Origin: Pseudomonas sp.
GTDB taxonomy: Bacteria > Pseudomonadota > Gammaproteobacteria > Pseudomonadales > Pseudomonadaceae
Reading direction: 5' to 3'
Length of the DNA: 64,000 nucleotides
NCBI RefSeq assembly: GCF_033723075.1
Contig: NZ_JAWVXU010000007.1
Span: forward strand, 18,845 to 82,844
The translations under genes and the position numbers were made by a program. The notes beneath the pieces are model-generated. The model was not told the origin of the DNA. It saw only the letters and a list, made by a program, of their open reading frames with translations, and did not search any database. This document shows, one piece after another, positions 37,373 through 44,894 of the stretch (positions are counted from its first letter, which is position 1; each line of letters starts with the position of its first letter).

Positions 37373-38632
37373 TCATTGCCCTTCAAGTGGAATACTCAGG
37401 CACAGCACCCAGCCGGCGCCGGGTCGACTGTTCAGGCGCAACACGCCGCCGAGGCAGCGCGCCCGCTCGCGAATCGAACGCAGGCCGATGCCCGCGCGCT
37501 GTGGCATCTGCGCGCCGATACCGTTGTCGCGCACCAGCAGACGCAAGCGCCCACCCTGGTATTGCAGGCGCACGCGCACTTCGCTGGCCTGGGCATGGCG
37601 GGCCACATTGGTCAGGGCTTCCTGGACCAGGCGATACATATGGGCTTTGCTCGGCAATGGCAGTTGCGGCAGGGCTTCGCTCAACAACAGCCGGCAACGC
37701 ACCCCCTGGGTGGTTTGCCAGTCCTGCGTCAGCTGTTGCAGCGCCTCACCCAACTCGAGACGCTCGAGCACCAGCGGATAGAGATCGCGGATCAACGCAC
37801 GAAAACCCTCCTGCAACTGCTGACAATTATCTTCCAGGCATTGCGCGGTGCTCCTTACCGCCTCCGGCTGATCGGCCACGGCACGCAGCAGGCAGGCCTG
37901 GGCGCGGATGCCACTGAGGTATTGGCCCAGGTCGTCGTGCAGGGTTTGCCCCAGGCGGGTGCGCTCGCGCTCTTGCAGGGCCAGCAGAGCCTGGGTCAGC
38001 TCGGCATTATCCACCTGCACCTGCTGCAAGGTGGTGGCCATGGAATTGAAATGCCCGGCCAATTGCCGGGCCTCGGGCAAGCTGTGCGTTTGCAGACGCG
38101 CATCGAGCTGCCCCTGGGTCACTCGCTGCAGGCCGCCGAGCAGTTCATCCAGCACCCGCAGGCCACGGCGCACCGCCCAGCGAATGGTCAGCAGACTCAA
38201 CACCAGCGCCAGGGCACTGAGCACCAGTAGCTGCAGCAGGGAATCCCAGACTTCGTCGATCTCATCCTCGGGGTCGACGGTAATCTGCACCTGACGCCCG
38301 TCAGTCATCTGCAATAGCAGCGCAGGTTGCCGGGCCCTGAGCAGATGCTGGCCCAGCCAGCGATCCAGCCAACCGGGCTCGCTCTCGAGCGCCGTCTGCC
38401 CGACCTCCAGCCATTGCACGCGCACATGGCGCAGGCTGTCGGCCAGTCCCGGTTGCAAGCTTGCGGGGTCGCGCAACGCGGCCTCATGCAGGTACTCGAC
38501 CATAGCTTCGGCGGCCTGCATTTCACGCTGCACATCGTAGCTGGCCTGACGCAGCAGCAGCGCCAGTCCGGCTGCGCTCACCAGGACGAAGAACAGGGTG
38601 ACCAGCAGATTGATCCGCCGCAGCGCCGACAT
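37373..38632 (-). CDS. pedS2: Membrane HAMP HisKA_3 sensor kinase PedS2 (MxaY-like)
   Basis: Two TM helices, periplasmic DPEDEIDEVW, HAMP, ER..L...LHDDLGQ, QEALTNVARHA, DNG.G. Confidence 0.85.
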   Translation of the reverse strand: MSALRRINLLVTLFFVLVSAAGLALLLRQASYDVQREMQAAEAMVEYLHEAALRDPASLQPGLADSLRHVRVQWLEVGQTALESEPGWLDRWLGQHLLRARQPALLLQMTDGRQVQITVDPEDEIDEVWDSLLQLLVLSALALVLSLLTIRWAVRRGLRVLDELLGGLQRVTQGQLDARLQTHSLPEARQLAGHFNSMATTLQQVQVDNAELTQALLALQERERTRLGQTLHDDLGQYLSGIRAQACLLRAVADQPEAVRSTAQCLEDNCQQLQEGFRALIRDLYPLVLERLELGEALQQLTQDWQTTQGVRCRLLLSEALPQLPLPSKAHMYRLVQEALTNVARHAQASEVRVRLQYQGGRLRLLVRDNGIGAQMPQRAGIGLRSIRERARCLGGVLRLNSRPGAGWVLCLSIPLEGQ

Positions 38633-38635
38633 GAC

Positions 38636-39073
38636 TTACTTGACCACGAAGTAACCGAGCATCCCCTTGCCTTCCAGGCCCTTGGCGAAGAAGCGGAATT
38701 TGCCGGGTTTGATCGGCACGAAGAAGATTTCCGCCTCGCCGGCATCCTCGAACTCGAGTTCGGTGAGGGTGATCGCCTTGATCTCCACGCCACCGGCTTC
38801 GACCTTGCGCAGGAAGATCGAAGTGGCGAATTCCGGCGCCTGGAATGCGTATTCCTTCTGCCCGCTGGCGATGATCTTCAACTGGTAGGCCTTGCCGGTT
38901 TCCAGTTGGTATTCCATCTGCGACATGCCGTAATCGCTTTCTGCGTTGCCCAGCACCAGGTCCGGCAGCGCAGTGCCACGACGGGTCAGGTCGCCGGCGG
39001 CATAGATATTGTCGAAGCCGATCAAGCTGCAAATCAGTAACAAGGGGAGAAACAGCGCTTTGAGAATACGCAT
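38636..39073 (-). CDS. Exported cupredoxin-like protein lacking type-1 copper Cys/His ligands
   Basis: Signal peptide; L.TGK.Y.L.I, F.APEF...IF.RKV, FVP.KPG.F.F...G....GM.G...V cupredoxin-like pattern; stop is 3 nt before the pedS2 ATG. Confidence 0.7.
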   Translation of the reverse strand: MRILKALFLPLLLICSLIGFDNIYAAGDLTRRGTALPDLVLGNAESDYGMSQMEYQLETGKAYQLKIIASGQKEYAFQAPEFATSIFLRKVEAGGVEIKAITLTELEFEDAGEAEIFFVPIKPGKFRFFAKGLEGKGMLGYFVVK

Positions 39074-39138
39074 GGCCAACACCTATTATTGTTATGGGTC
39101 GATACAGTCATGCTAGAACCCCTTGCCCTGCGCGGGTT

Positions 39139-39152
39139 TACTACCTTGGTAC
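39139..39152 (+). promoter_or_regulatory. Shared operator-like motif, copy 1
   Basis: TACTACCTTGGTAC, 13/14 identical to 43301-43314. Confidence 0.55.
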
Positions 39153-39230
39153 CGCCCGCCTGGTACTTTGTACATATTTCCCCGCCCGCTCTCTGTTCCT
39201 ATGCTGGCAACACCTACACAGGAGTTGTCC

Positions 39231-40421
39231 ATGCGCCAGATCAGTCGTCATCTCTTGCTCTGTGTCGCCGTCACCCTCGGTTATGCGGCCATGAGCCAGG
39301 CCAACAGCCCGCCAGCCGAGCTGCAAGTGCGCATCGGCTACCTGGCCTACGTCCCGGAAACCGGGCCGCTGCTGTCCAATGTCATCCCAGAACCAGAGGA
39401 TGCCGGCCGGCGCGGCGCCGAACTGGCGATCGCCGACAGCAACAGCACCGGGCGTTTCCTCAAGCATGCCTACAGCCTCGACGTCGCCGAGCATGACGAC
39501 AGTGAAAGCCTGCTTGAGGCCGCCACCGCGCTGCATGGCCAAGGCGTGCGCTTATTTGTCGTCAACGCCCCCGCGGCGACCCTGCGTCAGCTCAGCCAAT
39601 CGCTCGATGACAGCCTGCTGATCAATGCCGGCAGTGCCGACGACACCCTGCGCCGGAGCGAATGCCTGGCCAACGTGCTGCACACCCTGCCCAGCAGGGC
39701 GATGCTTGCCGATGCCCTGGCGCAGTTTCTTACCGTGCGCAAATGGCAACGCTGGCTGCTGATCACCGGACCGACCGAAGACGATCAGGCCTATGCCGCC
39801 GCCTTGCGCCGGGCGGCCAAGCGCTTCGGCCACCAGATAGTCGCGGAGAAGACCTGGAGCTTCGACAACGACCAGCGCCGCAGCGCCCAGGCCGAGATGC
39901 CGCTGTTCACCCAGACCAAGGAATACGACGTGGTACTGGTGGCCGACGAGCGCGGCGACTTCGGCGAATACCTGCCCTACCAGACCTGGTACCCGCGCCC
40001 GGTGGCCGGCACCCAGGGCCTGACCCCGACCGGCTGGCACAAGACCGTGGAGACCTATGGCGCCGCGCAGTTGCAGAAGCGCTTCGAGGCCCACGCCCAG
40101 CGCTGGATGAACGACCGCGACTTCGCCGCCTGGCTCGCCGTGCGCAGCATCGCCAGCGCGGTGAGCAAACTGCGTCAGAGCGACGCCGGCGCGATCCGCG
40201 CCCTGGCTCTGAGCGATCAACTGCCGCTGGACGGTTTCAAGGGCCGCAAGCTGAGTTTCCGTAGCTGGAACGGCCAACTGCGCCAACCCATTCCTCTGGT
40301 GCACCCCCGGGCGCTGGTCAGCAACTCGCCACAGGAAGGCTTTCTGCATCCCAGCAGCGAGCTGGACAGCCTCGGCTACGACGCACCGGAAGTCAGCTGC
40401 ACGCTGGCTGCTTCATCCTGA
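39231..40421 (+). CDS. pedA1: PQQ-ADH-system ABC substrate-binding protein (PedA1-like)
   Basis: Signal peptide; GA.LAI.D.N.TGRF, W.RW.L, FKRFG, DE.GDFG, W...VE.YGAAQLQ.RF, DGFKG..LSFR.WNGQLRQP. Confidence 0.85.
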   Translation: MRQISRHLLLCVAVTLGYAAMSQANSPPAELQVRIGYLAYVPETGPLLSNVIPEPEDAGRRGAELAIADSNSTGRFLKHAYSLDVAEHDDSESLLEAATALHGQGVRLFVVNAPAATLRQLSQSLDDSLLINAGSADDTLRRSECLANVLHTLPSRAMLADALAQFLTVRKWQRWLLITGPTEDDQAYAAALRRAAKRFGHQIVAEKTWSFDNDQRRSAQAEMPLFTQTKEYDVVLVADERGDFGEYLPYQTWYPRPVAGTQGLTPTGWHKTVETYGAAQLQKRFEAHAQRWMNDRDFAAWLAVRSIASAVSKLRQSDAGAIRALALSDQLPLDGFKGRKLSFRSWNGQLRQPIPLVHPRALVSNSPQEGFLHPSSELDSLGYDAPEVSCTLAASS

Positions 40422-40453
40422 ATCCACCTTTGAATAACAAGAGGAATAATCCC

Positions 40454-41419
40454 ATGCGTATCGCCTTGCTCGCCGCGAGCATCAGCCTGGCCCTGGCCAG
40501 CACTTCGAGCCTCGCCGCCACTGCCTATGTGTCCAACGAGAAGGACGACAGCGTCAGCGTGATCGACCTCAGCACCATGGAAGTCACTGCCACCCTGGAC
40601 GTCGGTCAGCGCCCGCGCGGCCTGCTGCTGTCCAGCGACAACAAGCTGCTGTACATCTGCGCCAGCGACTCGGACCGGGTCCAGGTGATGGACCTGGCCA
40701 CGCGTAAGATCATCAAGGAACTGCCCTCCGGCGCCGACCCGGAGCAGTTCGCCCTGCACCGCAACGACCGCTGGCTGTATATCTCCAACGAAGACGATGC
40801 GCTGGTGACTGTGGTCGACACCCAGAGCGACGAGGTGCTGGCGCAGATCGATGTCGGCGTCGAACCCGAAGGCATGGCCGTCAGCCCCGATGGCAAGTGG
40901 GCGGTCAACACCAGCGAAACCACCAACATGCTGCACTGGATCGACACCGGCAGCCACACCCTGGTCGACAACACTCTGGTCGACCAGCGCCCGCGGCATG
41001 TCGAGTTCGACGGCGACGGCAAGCGCCTGTGGGCCTCGGCCGAGATCGGCGGCACGGTAACGGTGATCGACGTCGCCAGCCGGCAGATCGAGAAGGTGCT
41101 GACCTTCCAGATCAAGGGCGTGCACCCGGACAAGGTGCAACCGGTCGGGGTCAAGCTCAGCGCCGACGGCAAGCTGGCCTTCGTCGCCCTCGGCCCAGCC
41201 AACCATGTGGCGGTGGTCGACGCCAAGACCTATGAAGTGCTCGATTACCTGCTGGTCGGCCGGCGCGTCTGGCACCTGGCCTTCACCCCGGACCAGAAGC
41301 AACTGCTGACCACCAACGGCGTCAGCAGTGACGTTTCAGTAATCGACGTCGAGTCGCTCAAGGTAACCAAGTCGATCCAGGTCGGCCGTTATCCCTGGGG
41401 CGTGGTCATCACCCCGTGA
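40454..41419 (+). CDS. pedA2: PQQ-catabolism-associated YVTN beta-propeller (PedA2-like)
   Basis: Signal peptide; YVSNEK..SVSVID, repeated VGQRPRG / VG.EPEG / VGRYPWG blades. Confidence 0.88.
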   Translation: MRIALLAASISLALASTSSLAATAYVSNEKDDSVSVIDLSTMEVTATLDVGQRPRGLLLSSDNKLLYICASDSDRVQVMDLATRKIIKELPSGADPEQFALHRNDRWLYISNEDDALVTVVDTQSDEVLAQIDVGVEPEGMAVSPDGKWAVNTSETTNMLHWIDTGSHTLVDNTLVDQRPRHVEFDGDGKRLWASAEIGGTVTVIDVASRQIEKVLTFQIKGVHPDKVQPVGVKLSADGKLAFVALGPANHVAVVDAKTYEVLDYLLVGRRVWHLAFTPDQKQLLTTNGVSSDVSVIDVESLKVTKSIQVGRYPWGVVITP

Positions 41420-42138
41420 ACGCCCTCGAGGTCAATGCCGTCGGCTTCGCCTATGGCGCTCGCCAGGCTCTGCAGGGCGTCGGTTTCAGTGTCGCGCCCG
41501 GCAGCTTCGCCGCGCTGCTGGGGCCGAATGGCGCCGGCAAGTCGACCCTGATCGCCCTGCTCACCCGCCTCTATGACCTGCAGCAGGGCGATATCCAGGT
41601 GATGGGCTGCAGCCTGCGCCAGCAACCGCGCCAGGCTTTGCGCCAACTCGGCGTGGTGTTCCAGCAGAGCACCCTGGATCTGGATTTGAGCGTCGAGCAG
41701 AACCTGCGCTACCACGCGGCCCTGCACGGTATGGCCAAGCCATTGGCCGGTACCCGAATCGACGAGGAGCTGGCGCGCCAGCAGCTCGGCGAACGGCGCC
41801 ATGAAAAGGTTCGCGACCTCAATGGCGGCCACCGCCGCCGCGTGGAAATCGCCCGCGCCCTGCTGCACCGGCCGCGCCTGCTGTTGCTCGACGAAGCCAG
41901 CGTCGGCCTCGACCCGGCCAGCCGCCTGGCACTCAACCGGCATGTGCGCCAGCTCTGCCGCGACGATGGCCTGGCCGTGCTCTGGACCACCCACCTGCTC
42001 GATGAAGTGCAGGCCAGCGACGAGCTGCTGATCCTCAACCGCGGGCGCCTGGTGGCCCAGGGCCTGGCCAGCCAGATCGGCGCCGACGACGCCAGCCTGG
42101 CTGCCACCTTCGAACGCCTGACGACGGAGGTCACATGA
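41416..42138 (+). CDS. pedB: ABC transporter ATP-binding subunit (PedB-like)
   Basis: GPNGAGKST Walker A, variant signature LNGGHRRR, LLLDE, WTTHL. Confidence 0.88.
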   Translation: MNALEVNAVGFAYGARQALQGVGFSVAPGSFAALLGPNGAGKSTLIALLTRLYDLQQGDIQVMGCSLRQQPRQALRQLGVVFQQSTLDLDLSVEQNLRYHAALHGMAKPLAGTRIDEELARQQLGERRHEKVRDLNGGHRRRVEIARALLHRPRLLLLDEASVGLDPASRLALNRHVRQLCRDDGLAVLWTTHLLDEVQASDELLILNRGRLVAQGLASQIGADDASLAATFERLTTEVT

Positions 42139-42146
42139 GGCATCTC

Positions 42147-42211
42147 GTAGGGTGCGCCGCGCGCACCATGGACGCGACCCCTAACCTGCCGGTGCGCACA
42201 GCGCACCCTAC
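42147..42211. repeat. REP doublet (REPIN) inserted between pedB and pedC
   Basis: GTAGGGTGCGCCGCGCGCACC ... GGTGCGCACAGCGCACCCTAC in inverted orientation. Confidence 0.85.
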
Positions 42212-42241
42212 CCGTCCGCATCGTCCGATAGAGAGTGCGCC

Positions 42242-43033
42242 ATGAACGCCTACTGGTACTGCCTGCAGGGCATCGTGCAACGCGAATGGCTGCGCTTCGT
42301 GCTGCAGCGTTCGCGCTTCTTCAGCGCCCTGGTGCGCCCGCTGCTGTGGCTCTTGGTGTTCGCCGCCGGCTTTCGCGCGGCGCTGGGCATCGCCATCATT
42401 GCGCCCTACGACACCTACATCACCTACGAGACCTACATAGTCCCTGGGCTGGCCTGCATGATCCTGCTGTTCAACGGCATGCAGGGCTCGCTGTCGATGG
42501 TCTACGACCGCGAGATGGGCAGCATGCGCGTGCTGCTGACCAGCCCGCTGCCCCGCGCCTTCCTGCTCGCCAGCAAACTGCTGGCGATCGCCCTGATCTC
42601 GCTGCTGCAGGTCTATGCCTTTCTCGCCATCGCCTGGTTCTACGGGGTGCAGCCGCCGATCTGGGGCCTGCTCGCTGCCCTGCCCGCGTTGCTGCTGGTG
42701 GCGCTGCTGCTCAGCGCCCTGGGCCTGCTGCTGTCCAACGGTATCCGCCAGCTGGAGAACTTCGCCGGGGTGATGAATTTCGTGATCTTCCCGCTGTTCT
42801 TCCTCTCCTCGGCGCTCTACCCACTGTGGAAAATGCGCGAGGCCAGCGAATGGCTGTACTGGCTCTGCGCGCTCAACCCCTTCACCCATGCAGTGGAGCT
42901 GGTGCGCTTCGCCCTCTACCAGCGCCTGAGCCTCAGTGCCCTGCTGATCTGCCTGGGCCTGACCGCGTTGTTCGCCGTGCTCGCCGTAGTCACCTTCAAT
43001 CCGCAACATGCCGCGCTGCGCCGGGCTAACTAA
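42242..43033 (+). CDS. pedC: ABC-2 type permease (PedC-like)
   Basis: RE.LRF..QRSRF.SALVRPLLWL, Y..YIVPGL, YDREMGSMR.LL, FFLSSALYP, NPFTHAVEL.R. Confidence 0.9.
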   Translation: MNAYWYCLQGIVQREWLRFVLQRSRFFSALVRPLLWLLVFAAGFRAALGIAIIAPYDTYITYETYIVPGLACMILLFNGMQGSLSMVYDREMGSMRVLLTSPLPRAFLLASKLLAIALISLLQVYAFLAIAWFYGVQPPIWGLLAALPALLLVALLLSALGLLLSNGIRQLENFAGVMNFVIFPLFFLSSALYPLWKMREASEWLYWLCALNPFTHAVELVRFALYQRLSLSALLICLGLTALFAVLAVVTFNPQHAALRRAN

Positions 43034-43046
43034 GCGGCGAACCCCA

Positions 43047-43252
43047 TCGTTCCCAGGTTTCGCGCGGGCATGCAGGCCCAAACGCTCTGCGCCTGCCTAA
43101 GCCGCTCGCCCCTCCTACACAAGCCATCCGATCGCTCCCACGTCGAGGCGGCGAAACGCCCGCGTGGGCACGCCCCCGAGACGCTCCGCGTCTGTCGCCA
43201 GAGGACGCGGAGCGTCCGCGACGAGGTTACTGCGCGGAGCCTGGCAAGCATC
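43047..43252. repeat. Degenerate long palindromic pseudomonad repeat (TCGTTCCCACGC-type)
   Basis: Decayed TCGTTCCC...GGGCATGCAG units; perfect 13-bp arms GACGCTCCGCGTC (43180) / GACGCGGAGCGTC (43204). Confidence 0.65.
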
Positions 43253-43300
43253 AACCAACCACCTGCGTCTCGATAAAACAGCCATTTGCTATTATCCCTC

Positions 43301-43314
43301 TACTACTTTGGTAC
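43301..43314 (+). promoter_or_regulatory. Shared operator-like motif, copy 2
   Basis: TACTACTTTGGTAC, 84 bp before the rhodanese ATG. Confidence 0.55.
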
Positions 43315-43397
43315 TGCTTTTCCTCTCCAATGTAGAATTTCCAAAGCAGGGGTATTGCTCTGTAATACGCACACAAAAAGAACCGAGACTTAAGGCG

Positions 43398-43949
43398 ATG
43401 AAGCACTGCCTAGCCCTATCAACGGGTCTTCCACTGATCGCATGCCTGCTGCTGGCCGCCCCGGTCCAGGCGGAGACTGCGCTGTTTTCCGTGGATGGCT
43501 ATCGCCTCGGCCATTACCGCAGCCCCACACCGGCACACACCGAGCACGCGCGCACTCTCGACACCCGGGCCGTGCAACATCTGCTCAACGAACAACCGCA
43601 GACCCAACTGATCGACGTATACCGGCGCCCGTGGCTGCATGGTCAGTTCATCGAGGATCAAGTGCACGCCAACCTGCCCGGCAGCCTCTGGCTGGCCAAC
43701 ACCGGCGACGGCGAGCTGAGCAGCCAATGGCAAGACTACTTCAGCCACCACCTGCAACTGGCCAGCCATGGCGACAAAGGCTGGCCGCTGGTGTTCTACT
43801 GCCGCTCCGACTGCTGGCTGGGCTGGAACGCGGTCAAGCGCGCCCATAGCCTGGGTTACCGCAACCTCTACTGGTACCGCGACGGCATCGACGGCTGGCA
43901 GCAGGCCGGTTTGCCCCTGGTCCGCGCACAACCGCTCGTCCTGCCGTAA
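43398..43949 (+). CDS. PQQ-catabolism-associated rhodanese-like (CxxxCW) exported protein
   Basis: Signal peptide; YR..HYRSPTP, LPGSLWL.N.G, FYCRSDCWLGWNA.KRA, WY.DG..GW. Confidence 0.85.
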   Translation: MKHCLALSTGLPLIACLLLAAPVQAETALFSVDGYRLGHYRSPTPAHTEHARTLDTRAVQHLLNEQPQTQLIDVYRRPWLHGQFIEDQVHANLPGSLWLANTGDGELSSQWQDYFSHHLQLASHGDKGWPLVFYCRSDCWLGWNAVKRAHSLGYRNLYWYRDGIDGWQQAGLPLVRAQPLVLP

Positions 43950-44010
43950 CCCTGCAGCATTTCCCTACGGCTATAGCCACACCATAATCAAAACAATGAG
44001 GTGAAAGGCC

Positions 44011-44676
44011 ATGTACAAGATTCTGATTGCCGACGACCATCCGCTGTTTCGCGAAGCCATCCACAATGTCATCAGTGACGGCTTCCCCGGCAGCGAAATC
44101 ATGGAAACCGCTGACCTCGACAGCGCCCTGGCCATGACCCTGGAAAACGACGACCTCGACCTGATCCTGCTCGACCTGAACATGCCCGGCATGCACGGGC
44201 TGAACGGGCTGATCAACCTGCGCAACGAAGCACCGACCATCCCGGTGGTGATCGTCTCCGCCGAGCAGGACAAGCAGATCGTCCTCCAGGCCATCACCTA
44301 TGGTGCCGTCGGTTTCATCACCAAGTCCTCGCCGCGCGCGCAGATGACCGATGCCATCCAGCAGATCCTCAACGGCAACGTCTACCTGCCGCCGGACATC
44401 ATCCGCTCACAAAAAACCAGTTCCCACCGCAACCACTCGGACCACCACGGCTTCCCTCAGGAACTGCTGCAAGCCCTGACCCGCAAGCAACTGCTGGTGC
44501 TGGAGCGCATGACCAAAGGCGAATCGAACAAACAGATCGCCTACAGCCTGGACATCGCCGAAACCACGGTCAAAGCCCACGTCTCCGCCATCCTGCGCAA
44601 GCTCAACGTGCATAACCGCGTACAGGCGATCCTGTCGGCGGGCGATATCGATTTCGCCGCCTATTTGCGCCGGTGA
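44011..44676 (+). CDS. agmR: LuxR-family response regulator AgmR/ErbR/PedR1
   Basis: [52 protein letters not shown]. Confidence 0.92.
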   Translation: MYKILIADDHPLFREAIHNVISDGFPGSEIMETADLDSALAMTLENDDLDLILLDLNMPGMHGLNGLINLRNEAPTIPVVIVSAEQDKQIVLQAITYGAVGFITKSSPRAQMTDAIQQILNGNVYLPPDIIRSQKTSSHRNHSDHHGFPQELLQALTRKQLLVLERMTKGESNKQIAYSLDIAETTVKAHVSAILRKLNVHNRVQAILSAGDIDFAAYLRR

Positions 44677-44695
44677 GCCCCATCCCCGACGCCTC

Positions 44696-44878
44696 GTAGG
44701 GTGCGCCGTGCGCACCGCCGACGGCCGGGACTTCCGTCGAATGGCCCGTTCCGCATTGCCCTCCTCCGACGCCTGGCCGGTGCGCCCGGCAGCGACAGAT
44801 CAAGCCGGTGCGCGCGGCCTAGGCGGCCCCGCACACCCTGCGGTGGCGCCGCTCCGGGTAGGGTGCGCTGCGCGCACC
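44696..44878. repeat. REP cluster between convergent agmR and nahK
   Basis: GTAGGGTGCGCCGTGCGCACC (44696) and GTAGGGTGCGCTGCGCGCACC (44858) with decayed inverse copies between them. Confidence 0.8.
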
Positions 44879-44894
44879 GCGACTGGCCGCGGAG

